Made by a program: the position numbers and the translations under genes
Assembly: GCA_965203805.1 (NCBI GenBank)
Contig: OZ241917.1
Location: 4,192,001-4,256,000, forward strand
Length of the DNA stretch: 64,000 nucleotides
Source of the DNA: Candidatus Latescibacterota bacterium
GTDB lineage: Bacteria; Latescibacterota; UBA2968; GCA-2709665
Direction of reading: 5' to 3'
Shown: positions 9,812 to 21,736 of the stretch, piece after piece
Layout of the letters: every line of letters begins with the position of its first letter
Position numbering within the stretch: position 1 is the first letter of the stretch
The notes under the pieces: model-generated
Seen by the model: only the letters and a program-made list of their open reading frames with translations
What the model was told of the DNA's origin: nothing
The model's database searches: none

Positions 9812-10620
9812 CTAGGGGAGAGCAATTCCGCAATTTCGTCGAGATACTCATTAAGGGACAATCCGTGGCTTCTTGCCAAAATCGCTATCGTGTCGATTCT
9901 GGTCCGCTCCCCCTTTTCAATCCTTCGCACGTGGCGTTCAGAAAGCCCTCGTATATCGGCCTGCTTAAGCCCGCACTTCTTGCGCAATTCGGCAACGGCC
10001 TCTCCGAATCGGAGGTCGTACATCAGTCTTTCCCGATCTTTTTTCTGACGCCATGTTTCGTCTTTCAGGTAGCGAACAGCATCTAGGTCAATGTGTACAT
10101 CGACCTCAGGCCAGTGTATATAACTGCCTTCACTGGAGATGGTAAATGACGAACGCTGTTGGGATGGAATCCGCTCCAGGGCGGGCATTTCGGCAAAACC
10201 CGCTCTGAATAAGGTATGATCGCACGCCATGACAAAGAGTTCCTCACCGACGACCTGTGCATCGGCTATGAGTTGATCAGGGCATCCAAGGCTCCAAGCC
10301 GTTAGCACACGCTTTGGTACATCCTTCGTCGAATGCACAATAATATGTCGGCTGCTTTTGAGTTTTGCCTCGTAAAGCATCTGCGGTAAAAACTGAGCGT
10401 TGCCGTCTTCGCGCACGAATAGGGTTCGAAGATGGTTCCGCTGATTGGCAGCACGGACAAAATCACTTACCGTAGGAAGATCGGCAACAGAAGTTAATAC
10501 GAAAATATACCGAGCGTTCACCTCGCTTTCATCCGGTCTAAAAACGGTGAAAGTGGGCGGAATGATGTCATAGCTAAATTGATCTTGAGCCCAGACAATC
10601 ATTTCAGCAGTCCTTGCCAT
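9796..10620 (-). CDS. DUF2442 plus C-terminal XRE-HTH protein (putative antitoxin) with an extra N-terminal domain
   Basis: FTISSEGSYIHWPEVDVHID (DUF2442); LRKKCGLKQAD...SERHVRRIEKG (HTH); AGGAG RBS. Confidence 0.8.
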   Translation of the reverse strand: MARTAEMIVWAQDQFSYDIIPPTFTVFRPDESEVNARYIFVLTSVADLPTVSDFVRAANQRNHLRTLFVREDGNAQFLPQMLYEAKLKSSRHIIVHSTKDVPKRVLTAWSLGCPDQLIADAQVVGEELFVMACDHTLFRAGFAEMPALERIPSQQRSSFTISSEGSYIHWPEVDVHIDLDAVRYLKDETWRQKKDRERLMYDLRFGEAVAELRKKCGLKQADIRGLSERHVRRIEKGERTRIDTIAILARSHGLSLNEYLDEIAELLSPSPIYS

Positions 10621-10629
10621 TTTGGCTCC

Positions 10630-10899
10630 TTATATCACTTTGGTTTCCCACTCGGCATAAAGGGCGTCTCTATGCTGAAGCACTAGACTTAACAGTTCTC
10701 TCAGCTCTTTGCTTGATGGGCCTGATCCCGAAGGGGGAAACTTCACATTAAAAGCTAGATTCTTGCGTTTACACGCACGAAAAAAGACGCGTATCTCCCA
10801 TTTGTCCGGTTTGCGTGCGTGAAAATGAGGAGGTTCGTGATCTGAGGAATTGAACCATAATTCCAGGCCTGCCAATTGAAAGCATTCCAACTTTCCCAA
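10630..10899 (-). CDS. DUF4160 protein (putative TA toxin)
   Basis: FNSSDHEPPHFH motif and terminal ALYAEWE; adjacent to the DUF2442 gene. Confidence 0.85.
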   Translation of the reverse strand: MGKLECFQLAGLELWFNSSDHEPPHFHARKPDKWEIRVFFRACKRKNLAFNVKFPPSGSGPSSKELRELLSLVLQHRDALYAEWETKVI

Positions 10900-11055
10900 A
10901 AGACGGCTCCTTGCTCTCTACCAGAGAACATATCCAAAACCGGACAATTAATCAATTATAAACAAAATTAACAATGTCCGCCATCTGGCTGCAATGATTT
11001 AGTTTGACGGTAGCTGATTGGGTGCCATTATAATCACTGATTCTCAGGTTGTCGT

Positions 11056-11436
11056 TCAGTCCAGAACCATGCCGCCGCTGACGTTTATGGTCTGGCCGGT
11101 GACGTTGCGCGCTTCATCGGAAGCGGGGAGAGAGACCACGTTGCGGATGTCCTCGGGCGACTGTTCGCGTTGCATCGGCGTAGAGTAGGCGATGAACAGG
11201 TCGAACACCTCACGGGCGCCTTTTCTGGCATATGCGGGATCAACCTCGGCGAACTTCTGCGCCAGGATGTGCCAGAAGTTGGTCAACACGAACCCGGGGC
11301 ATACCTCCTTGACAGTAATGTTGTCCGGTCCCAGGTCCTTGGCCGTCGGCCACGTCAGGCAGAGCATCGCGTTCTTGGCCGCCGCGTAGGTCGGCAGGAA
11401 GGTCGGGTCAGGTTCTGCGCCAACGGCATACCCCAC
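11056..11436 (-). pseudogene. C-terminal fragment of a short-chain dehydrogenase
   Basis: YAAAK, VCPGFVLT and NVTGQTINVSGG present; the Rossmann N-terminus is missing. Confidence 0.8.
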
Positions 11437-11634
11437 GGGCTGAATCGGCTTTCACCATGCGTTTCACATCAACAGCAGCCTACTTGCCTCACCCTCAAGG
11501 AATCGCAAATCCCATTTAGGCTCAAAACGCCGTGGTCGGATGGGACCAGCCGTCCCCTGCTCTTCGCTATGGATTAGCCGGGCCCGTATCGCGAAGGCCG
11601 GGAGGACGCCACCGCTCGGTGAGCCTCGGCGCGT

Positions 11635-11870
11635 GTGAGCGTACTTTGATGGAGAGCCGCTCCAGGCCGTCGACTTCCACGTCCGGTCCCCGTCGTTGAT
11701 ATTGCAGAGACCTCCGTGGTGCGTGCCGCGCCCTCCTGCCAATCACGTATGCGATCTCCGGTTCCGGCTGATAGGCCAATGCGCCTTCGAGATCGGGTAC
11801 CTCTATCGTCGTTCCCGTGCCAACGATGCTCGTCGCGCCCTCCCGTTCCAGGTAGTTCGAGAACGCGCAG
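11635..11870 (-). pseudogene. Internally deleted fumarylacetoacetate-hydrolase-family fragment
   Basis: ATSIVGTGTTIEVP...EPEIAYVIGRRARH, then DVEVDGLERLSIKV (the family's C-terminus); the middle is missing. Confidence 0.55.
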
Positions 11871-11895
11871 AGCATGAATTGTAAACGTGAACGCC

Positions 11896-12603
11896 TCAAG
11901 TGATTTTCTTCGTTAAAATGCACGTGAATTTGTCTCTCTTCAAAACTGAATTGACAACCTTAAAGGGAGATGCTTCCAGTTCCGCGACGAGATCTTTGGC
12001 GAAGAAAAAGTGCAGATAGTGTGGTGCTTTCAGCGCGAATCCATCCCCTTCCTCCAGCGTGTCATAGTTCACAGCAAATCGATGATGGTTATCATCGTAA
12101 ACCTCCTCGTAATTCTTCAGTACGGAATCCAGCACTGTCTGAGACATCAAGACTTCGCCATTGGGATCCAACACGCGCGAGATCTCTTCCAAAAAAGCGA
12201 CCCTCGATGCGCGGTGCGGAACATAACAGTAGACGTTCCCCATGAATCCAGCGGTAAATGAGGCATTGGAAAAGGGCAGCGTCGGCATTTCATATTGAAG
12301 AAATGTCACGTTGACGCGTTCCGTCTCAGCAATTCGCCGTGCCTGCTCAATCTGATTCCTGGCGACGTCAATTCCGGTGACGTTGTATCCAAGCCCCGCA
12401 AGTGCGAAACATAATCGTCCTGTCGCACAACCGATGTCCAACAGGCGGCTTTCTACAGGGTACTTCCCGACAAACGCCTGTTCTTCCTCTCTGATACCGA
12501 TCCTTAGTTCTTCCATTCGGAATTCAAGCTCTGCAGGATCGTTGTACTTTTCCTTTACGGAGTCCAGTAATCTTTGGGATTCTTGTGAAATTTCAGCTTT
12601 CAT
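11896..12603 (-). CDS. Class I SAM-dependent methyltransferase
   Basis: LLDIGCATG, VTGIDVA, LPFSNASF, EISRVLDPNG. Confidence 0.9.
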   Translation of the reverse strand: MKAEISQESQRLLDSVKEKYNDPAELEFRMEELRIGIREEEQAFVGKYPVESRLLDIGCATGRLCFALAGLGYNVTGIDVARNQIEQARRIAETERVNVTFLQYEMPTLPFSNASFTAGFMGNVYCYVPHRASRVAFLEEISRVLDPNGEVLMSQTVLDSVLKNYEEVYDDNHHRFAVNYDTLEEGDGFALKAPHYLHFFFAKDLVAELEASPFKVVNSVLKRDKFTCILTKKIT

Positions 12604-12649
12604 ATGGAAGTTTCACTCCCGATGCTGGAGTCGCCCGGATCCCCACGAA

Positions 12650-13549
12650 TTATCTCAATCCATTGATGTCGAATCTCGAGACAAAATTCCAGATCAGCGC
12701 GCTTGTATTGGCGCCTTCATAGTTGATATCGAACCAGACGTGCCCTCCGTTGATCACCTTATAGTGTTCAACGGAGGTATTTTTATCTCCGTCCGTATAG
12801 GAATGGCGTTCAATCGTTGTTGCGCCATCGGTGATGCGATTCACCGTGGGGGTGGCGCTTGTGTTGTTGAAACCCGTCCAATACGCAAGCACGGCGTCAA
12901 TGGATTTCAGTCCCTCGGTTCCACCATAGGGGACAACCGCATCGGATGTCCCATGGATATTGACCATGGCCGTCGGGTGCGACGGATTACATTCGTTATA
13001 TGTCTCCGCCATCATCGTTCCCGCCACGGATCCGATTGCGGCGATTTTGTCACTATGATAGCACGCAAGCGCGTATGAAAAAAAAGCGCCGTTCGAGTAG
13101 CCGCAGGCATATACTCTCGCCGGATCGATGTTGTAGTCGGAGGAGATTTCATCGATTAACGCTTCCACAAAGCCGAAGTCATCCGCATCGCTCTTGTTTC
13201 TATCGGTTTTCAGACCGGCATTCCAGTGCGGGCTTCCGTCTAGAAGGGTACCTTGCGGATAAACCAGGATGAACGTTCCCGAATCCGCCAATGGCCGCAT
13301 ATCCGCGAATCTCAAATGCCGATCCGCGGTCCCGCCGAATCCGTGAAAGTTGAGCATCAGCGGAACTCTGGAAGTTCCGTCAAGAGAGTCGGGTACATAC
13401 AGGATATATTGTCTTGCCACGCCATTGTGAGAAAGGGTTCGTTTAAAAAGACTTGTTGTATCAGGTGCGTCGAGCGGCACGTCGTCATTGCCTGAACAGG
13501 AACACAGGCCTGACAACGCTACGATGGAAACGAAATATAGCCTCATCAT
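12650..13549 (-). CDS. PHB depolymerase/LpqC-like esterase, lipoprotein
   Basis: Lipobox-like LCSC, LNFHGFGG, VYPQG, GYSNG nucleophile motif, IHGTSD, GGHVW. Confidence 0.88.
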   Translation of the reverse strand: MMRLYFVSIVALSGLCSCSGNDDVPLDAPDTTSLFKRTLSHNGVARQYILYVPDSLDGTSRVPLMLNFHGFGGTADRHLRFADMRPLADSGTFILVYPQGTLLDGSPHWNAGLKTDRNKSDADDFGFVEALIDEISSDYNIDPARVYACGYSNGAFFSYALACYHSDKIAAIGSVAGTMMAETYNECNPSHPTAMVNIHGTSDAVVPYGGTEGLKSIDAVLAYWTGFNNTSATPTVNRITDGATTIERHSYTDGDKNTSVEHYKVINGGHVWFDINYEGANTSALIWNFVSRFDINGLR

Positions 13550-13826
13550 CAAGGCCGCCCCCTGCGAACGTCGGGCCGGTCCGCCAGCAATCCGATCGGG
13601 TCCTGGACGTTCTCCTCGCCGGACGCGGCAATGGATTCGAGGCCTTCGCGACGACACGTTACCCGGTGTCCTGTCCCAAAAATACCTCACCATTCAACCG
13701 CCGATTCATCCCGTCTCGCAGCGTTGCCATCGCTCGCCGACCTGGCCAGGTCGCCTGCGCTCTGGCGCCTTGCGAGCCGGGCGACTCGACGGCCGAATTT
13801 AGGCAACTTATTTCCGGGACAGAACA

Positions 13827-15521
13827 CTAATAATTCCTGGTCATGAGCTGGATGATGTCGTTGCTGGTGATCGCGCCCAGGAACTTTTCCGAATCCCTTT
13901 CCACAACGGGCATGACGGATAGCGAACTCTCTGACATACGCTGCAGCACGTCTTCGACCTGCTCATCAGGCCAGGCCAATGGGGTTTGGCGGCGTACCAC
14001 AGCGTCGAGCCGGGTCTTGTCCCAGGCGTCCTTGGGCAGGTAGCGGAGCATCTCCAGCGACACGATCCCGACCAGCGCTTCCTTATCTGCCACGACGTAG
14101 TGGGACTGGTGCGGAACGATCCACTGCTCCGTGAAGTCACGCACAGTGACCGAAGACGCAGGATGCCGATGCGAGCGGTCCAGAATGTCATCGATCGTGA
14201 TATCTTCCAGCGCGAAGCGGACGATTCCCGACGGAATGTCGTCCAGTTGCTCCGGCAGGTCGGTCCTGCGGCTGGCCCGGCTCACCGCAAAGTTGATCAC
14301 CGACGGCATGAACAGGATGTAGCAGAACATGACCAGCACCAGGAATGAGAAAACCACCTCGTCGATGATTCCGGAACCCCACATGACCAGCAGCAGCGCG
14401 ATTTCCGCCACTCCCTTACCCATCAGCCCGGTGGCTACGGCGTAGGGGACGGCGAGGCGGGACACGTAAGCGCCGATGAAGGCGCCGGTGAAGTTGCCGA
14501 GCAACGGGATCAGCGCCAACCCCGCCATGGCCCCCAGCGGCAATGTTACGAAGGTAAAGCTGAAGCTCAATCCGGCGGAAGCAAAGAAGAGAGGCACGAA
14601 AAACCCCTCGGCCACGCTGCGAAATCCGGGAATGATCTCCCGATGCACCTGGTAGGGAAGGCTCGACAGCGACGCCCCGAACAGTAAGGCGCCCAGTGAG
14701 CCGTGGAGTCCCACTGCTTCCGCGCAGTACACGATCAGGAAGAGCATGCCAAGCAGCAAACCAAGGGAGAGTTGCGGCACCTGGATCACCCGCTGCAACA
14801 GAGCCACCAACGGCGGCAGCACCCGCGACGACAATACCCAGGTGAGTACCGAAAAACCGGCCACTTTGCCCAGCAGAATCAGTATGCCGACAGGCGAAAC
14901 CTGGTGGGCGTGTTCACCGATGCTGAAGCCGATCAGCAGCAGGGCAATCAGCTCGGCGATGATCACCACCGTGAAAATCTGCAGTCCAACCGGCTGTTTC
15001 AGGTATCCGCCGTCCGTCAGCACTTTGGCTACGATGCCCAGACTGGTCATCGACAGCACGCCGGCCAACGCCAGCGACTCGGTGAAATTCAGCTTCAGTC
15101 CGAAATCGAAAACCAGATCGGTGGTGACCAGCATCGAGATGCTTAACGACACGATCACGGACAGAACGGCCGCGAGGAAGTAATGGCCTTTGAGGGACGC
15201 CATGAAGCTGGAAATATCCACTTCGTCCAGGCCGATCAGGAAAAAGAATATGAACACACCCAGCACCAGAACCAACTGGAGGTGCAGCGAGGGCTCGATC
15301 CACCAGACGCCGGTCAGTTTCATGACCGGCCCAAGAATTATGCCTGTCGCCGCGTAGGCGATGATGGCGTTCAACCGCAGCTTGCGAAAAACGCCCTCGG
15401 CCAACTTGGCAACGATGATGAGCATCCCGAGGGTCAACACCGACTGGTGCAGTTCATTCGTGTGACCAGCGGATCTGAACAGATCCACGATCTCCTGGAG
15501 CGAGAAGCCTGCCATGGACAT
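13827..15521 (-). CDS. Cation:proton antiporter (CPA2) with C-terminal CBS pair
   Basis: Many TM segments, GIILGP, SMTSLGIVAKVL, FFVPLFFASAG; CBS motifs LVGIVS and FLGAIT. Confidence 0.9.
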   Translation of the reverse strand: MSMAGFSLQEIVDLFRSAGHTNELHQSVLTLGMLIIVAKLAEGVFRKLRLNAIIAYAATGIILGPVMKLTGVWWIEPSLHLQLVLVLGVFIFFFLIGLDEVDISSFMASLKGHYFLAAVLSVIVSLSISMLVTTDLVFDFGLKLNFTESLALAGVLSMTSLGIVAKVLTDGGYLKQPVGLQIFTVVIIAELIALLLIGFSIGEHAHQVSPVGILILLGKVAGFSVLTWVLSSRVLPPLVALLQRVIQVPQLSLGLLLGMLFLIVYCAEAVGLHGSLGALLFGASLSSLPYQVHREIIPGFRSVAEGFFVPLFFASAGLSFSFTFVTLPLGAMAGLALIPLLGNFTGAFIGAYVSRLAVPYAVATGLMGKGVAEIALLLVMWGSGIIDEVVFSFLVLVMFCYILFMPSVINFAVSRASRRTDLPEQLDDIPSGIVRFALEDITIDDILDRSHRHPASSVTVRDFTEQWIVPHQSHYVVADKEALVGIVSLEMLRYLPKDAWDKTRLDAVVRRQTPLAWPDEQVEDVLQRMSESSLSVMPVVERDSEKFLGAITSNDIIQLMTRNY

Positions 15522-15554
15522 CTTGAGATTCTCCGCAGGTACTGTTTGGGGGCC

Positions 15555-16814
15555 TTATTGCGGGCCTGTTAATTTTTCGACCCCGTGGAACCTGCCGTCC
15601 GGACCAATCACGGTCAGGAACACGGCGTCGGATCCCTGGTTATCGTCCGGCCCGTATTTGAGCTGCATGCCGTCGATTTCGATGGCGCCGGCATCTCGAA
15701 CCGAGCGGAGAAGGCACTCTCGACTCAGGTCGGGACCGCAGGCTATAAGACCGGCGACGGCCAGGCGTCCGGCCAGATAACCTTCCAACGAAACGAACCC
15801 GGGTTCCGCCTGGGGGTCGTACTCGGAGAGTGCGCTGTGGTATCGAGCCACCAAAGGGATGTTTTCATCATCGGGGTGGGGAACGACCTGCGTGACGTAT
15901 ACACCGGCCCCGTCGGGCCCCAACTCGTTCGCGAACGCGTTGCTTCCCACGAAGGAAACCGTCATAAATACCGGATCCAGATCCCGCCGAACCAACTCTA
16001 TGGTCTTGACCACCGGCTTGTACGAGCCAATCAGAATCACCGCTTCGGGATTGGCCGCGGTGATTTTGAGCGCGGCGCCCTTCACAGCACGGGTATTGCG
16101 TGGGTAGTGCGAGGCGGCTACCGGCTCCAGGCCCCGGCGCTCCAGCGCCAATCGCGTGCCCTCCAGACCGTTCACGCCGAAGGAATCGTCCTGATAAAGA
16201 ACGGCAACGCGGGTGATCCCCAAATCCTCTGTAAGCCGCGCCACCATCTCCTCGGTTTCCTGGTAGTACGATGCCCGGACGTTGAGCACATTGTCCAACT
16301 CCCGGTCGCGCAGGAACTCCGCCCCCGTGAACGGAGCCAGGAAGGGTACCCCGGCCGTCCGGGCGAGCGGTGATGCGGCGCGGGACGTGGGCGTGCCCAC
16401 CGCTCCGATCAGCGCGAATACCCCGTCGTTCTCAATCAAGTGTCGCGTGTTGGAAGCGGCAAACTCTGTTTCATAGCCGTCATCCAACGCCTTGAGCTTC
16501 AGTTCGCGGCCATGGACGCCGCCTTCCCGATTGGCCTCGTGGAATGCCGCCTCAATGCCCTGGCGCATCGCCTTGCCCAATTCCCGGGCAGGCCCCGTGA
16601 ACGCGGCGGATTGACCAAAAAGGACGTGGTCGATGGAAATGCCGGGGTCCGTGTGGCCGTCTTCCTGCGCCGGGTGCGGCGCCCGACCGACGTCATGCGG
16701 CTCGGGGGCATCCTGACCCTCCACACAGGCCATGCCAAGGGTCGCCAGCAGCAACCCTGCGATCATCGTACGGGGGGGTATCACGTGAGAAACCAAACGC
16801 TGCGCCAGTTTCAT
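15555..16814 (-). CDS. Branched-chain amino-acid-type (PBP1) substrate-binding lipoprotein, orphan
   Basis: GQSAAFTGP, GGVHGRELKL..LDDGY, VGTPT, RASYYQE; lipobox LGMAC. No permease genes nearby. Confidence 0.88.
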   Translation of the reverse strand: MKLAQRLVSHVIPPRTMIAGLLLATLGMACVEGQDAPEPHDVGRAPHPAQEDGHTDPGISIDHVLFGQSAAFTGPARELGKAMRQGIEAAFHEANREGGVHGRELKLKALDDGYETEFAASNTRHLIENDGVFALIGAVGTPTSRAASPLARTAGVPFLAPFTGAEFLRDRELDNVLNVRASYYQETEEMVARLTEDLGITRVAVLYQDDSFGVNGLEGTRLALERRGLEPVAASHYPRNTRAVKGAALKITAANPEAVILIGSYKPVVKTIELVRRDLDPVFMTVSFVGSNAFANELGPDGAGVYVTQVVPHPDDENIPLVARYHSALSEYDPQAEPGFVSLEGYLAGRLAVAGLIACGPDLSRECLLRSVRDAGAIEIDGMQLKYGPDDNQGSDAVFLTVIGPDGRFHGVEKLTGPQ

Positions 16815-17338
16815 CCTTGCGTTCTCCTCACCGGCCGATCGTGGGCGTCGCATTAGCGTCTTCTTCCGTGATGACAACGGCTGCCTGGCGGATAAACCGT
16901 ATGTAAGCTAAACAACCAAGGTCTCTCCAATCAAGGACATTCGATAGCGGTGAGACGACGTCAGGTCGCGCATGTACCGAAACCGGGAGGAAAGGGGGAT
17001 GGAGCGCTCGCGGGTGGTGACGTCCGCCTCCACCTCACAGCGGCTTACGCAATGGCGGCCGATACGCTGAAGGAAGCGGATTTCGTCCTCGCAGAGGACC
17101 AGACCTGACGTGGTGCGTACTCGTTGAACTGTGGACGGGCGTCCGTGGGGAAAAACATGCGCCAGGTGAGGAGAAAACGATGGGGTGGAGGGCAGACGAC
17201 CCGGTGGCGGATCCGGGAGGCTCGCAATACCGCGATTCATTCCGGCGTCGAGGAAGGGTATCGGGCATGGTACGAGATGCTGGAGCAGCTCATCCTGAAT
17301 CTCGTTCGGGCGTCCCATGGGTCGCCGGGAAATCCGGT

Positions 17339-17791
17339 CTACAGGCTGGCCTCGATCGAGGTCAGAATCGTCTTCCACCCCCGCTCTGCTCGCTCCGTGT
17401 ACTCCGCGAAGGTCGCAGGCATCCTGTGGGTGAGCCTCGCCGAGCAACCGCCCTCGAGGGGGGTGATCTCGATCCTCACAACCGATGACCCCTCCCGCTC
17501 GGACAGCTCCCTTGTAAACCAGGTGGACTGGATGACCGAGGGGCGCTTCAGGGTCAGGTAGGTGCCCCAATGTTGCGTCTCTTCGCCATCACGCATGTCG
17601 CTGAAGATGAAGGCGCCGCCGGGACGAGGATCGACCTCGATTCGAACGATCTCTCCGGAAAGGCCGAACGCGACCAGGGCATGGCTCATCCACCTCCGGA
17701 CGTCCTGGGGGTAGAGCCATGCATCGAAGACCCTTTCCGCCGGCGCGTGCGGGAACGGATGCTCCACCGTGACTTCGACCGCATCACTCAT
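17339..17791 (-). CDS. SRPBCC/AHSA1 family protein
   Basis: APAERVFDAW, DPRPGG, HWGTY, terminal GW. Confidence 0.88.
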   Translation of the reverse strand: MSDAVEVTVEHPFPHAPAERVFDAWLYPQDVRRWMSHALVAFGLSGEIVRIEVDPRPGGAFIFSDMRDGEETQHWGTYLTLKRPSVIQSTWFTRELSEREGSSVVRIEITPLEGGCSARLTHRMPATFAEYTERAERGWKTILTSIEASL

Positions 17792-17949
17792 TTCATCACC
17801 CTTTCCCTGGTCCTTCCCTCCTGGCGAAGCGCAGTTTCGAAGGCTTGCTTCGACAGGCTTAGTGCAGACAACTCACCAGACAGGATGAATCGGAGGCGGA
17901 ATGGTGGAGCATTCGTCGGGACAGGACACTGGTGGGCGAAGCAGCACGG

Positions 17950-18420
17950 CTAACGGGAGACGTGGGCTTCTGGATTACGATCGGCCACCAGGTTCAGGGC
18001 GATTCCATGTTCCAACCATGCGTTGAGCGCGGCGAGGACGAGAGAGAATCCGCCCATCGAGTCGAGTGCCATGCCGACAACCTCGTCTTCGGTCCCCTGG
18101 AATCGGGTGTTGGTGATCTGAACGAGGGTCGCTTCCGCTCCGAGAGAAGTGAATTGCCACTCGACGGTCGTCGATGGCTCATCCCATTCGATGAGAATTC
18201 TGGCAGGCCGCTCGATCGCCTTCACGTGGACATCCGCGGAGGCGCCGTACATCTCCCATTCCCATGTGACCTTCGCACCCGGTTCCAGCCTGCCGCTGCT
18301 CCCGGTGAACCAGAAGCGGGTGGTGATGGCGGGATCGACGAACGCGTTGAACACGTCGTCGCGCGGCTGCCGGACAAGCATCTGTGCCTGAACAACAGGA
18401 TTGATCACCCTGGCCCCCAA
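17950..18420 (-). CDS. SRPBCC/AHSA1 family protein
   Basis: VFNAFVDPAITTRFWFTGSSG...DSMGGF..VL..L.AWLEHGI. Confidence 0.88.
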   Translation of the reverse strand: MGARVINPVVQAQMLVRQPRDDVFNAFVDPAITTRFWFTGSSGRLEPGAKVTWEWEMYGASADVHVKAIERPARILIEWDEPSTTVEWQFTSLGAEATLVQITNTRFQGTEDEVVGMALDSMGGFSLVLAALNAWLEHGIALNLVADRNPEAHVSR

Positions 18421-18440
18421 CGGTTGCCATCCGGGACAGA

Positions 18441-18917
18441 CTACCGGCCGGACTCGAGCAGCGCCTTGAGCACGGCTGCGCCGTGGCCGGCGGCCCGGGC
18501 ACGTTTCCAGACTTTGGTCAGGACTCCATCCGGGTCGATGATGAACGTAGCCCGCGTCATTCCCTGAAACCGGCGACCGTAGAGGACTTTCTCACCCCAG
18601 GCGCCATAACGTGCGGCGACGGCGGCATCCGCGTCTACCAGCAGGGGAAACGGCAGCCGGTGGCGTTCGCGGAACTTCACGTGCGAATCGGCATCGTCCT
18701 TCGAAACGCCGAGCACGATGGCGCCTTCGGCTTGGATTTCGGCGTGACTGTCCCTGAAGGAGCAGGCCTGGGTCGTACAACCCGGCGTCTCATCGCGCGG
18801 ATAGAAGTAGAGGACAACCGTCCGGCCCTGGTATCCGGCCAGCGAATGCATGGTCCCGTCCTGGTCCGGGAGCGCGAAATCCGGGGCGGGATCACCTGCC
18901 TCAAGCGTAATTGCCAT
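18441..18917 (-). CDS. bcp: Thioredoxin-dependent peroxiredoxin Bcp/PrxQ
   Basis: YFYPRDETPGCTTQACSFRD; RATFIID. Confidence 0.95.
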   Translation of the reverse strand: MAITLEAGDPAPDFALPDQDGTMHSLAGYQGRTVVLYFYPRDETPGCTTQACSFRDSHAEIQAEGAIVLGVSKDDADSHVKFRERHRLPFPLLVDADAAVAARYGAWGEKVLYGRRFQGMTRATFIIDPDGVLTKVWKRARAAGHGAAVLKALLESGR

Positions 18918-19023
18918 CGTGGTTCCTCTTTCGACTGTTCATGAAGCGGTCCGCCCGACGCCGGTCGACGCGACCCCACATCCGAAATGCCCTGGAAGCG
19001 GTCGTTGCGGGCACGGCCCTGGA

Positions 19024-21168
<2,145 letters not shown>

Positions 21169-21303
21169 TTAATTGGTTCTGAGTATGGCGCAACCTTCTT
21201 CGTCGCAGACCCGCGATATTTTCGGCGCATGGAGAGAAATAAACTATCTGCGCCGTTCACAGGCAAGGGGAATCTGTTTTCGTGCAGACGTCAATTTACC
21301 GTC

Positions 21304-21606
21304 TCACCTTTTCCACCCAAACCGCGAAAGAAAGGACTGAATCGGCTCCATTGCAGACTCAACCCTGTCTACAACGGATTGCAACGATTGTACAAGTGCT
21401 TCGATCTTTGGAATTGCCGGCTTGGAAGCTTCCAGCATAACCTCGAGCTTGGCAGAAACAGCCTGGACCTGTTCCAAAAGATACAGGTATTCGACATAAA
21501 GACCAATGGCGCCACCAATCAGGAGAATAAGGATCGCTACCAGGACCCACATTATAACGACCAGAATCCGCTTTATATCTTTCAAATATTGCGTTGTCTC
21601 GTCCAT
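21304..21606 (-). CDS. Small single-TM coiled-coil membrane protein, hypothetical
   Basis: GGAGGAG RBS before ATG 21606; TM segment ILVVIMWVLVAILILLIGGAIGL followed by amphipathic helices. Confidence 0.7.
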   Translation of the reverse strand: MDETTQYLKDIKRILVVIMWVLVAILILLIGGAIGLYVEYLYLLEQVQAVSAKLEVMLEASKPAIPKIEALVQSLQSVVDRVESAMEPIQSFLSRFGWKR

Positions 21607-21736
21607 CCCCATCTCCTCCGGATGTTGAAGTTTACAACACGTACTCATAACGAACTCGAAGGCGCCGTTTCTCTTTCCGGCGCACTTCGTTCTACAGGAA
21701 TCCTCACCTGTTCTGTCTATACATACAGTAATGATC

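Noticed and set aside
16880-17330. Several overlapping short ORFs
   Set aside because: No RBS or motif support; probably intergenic sequence or unrecognisable debris.
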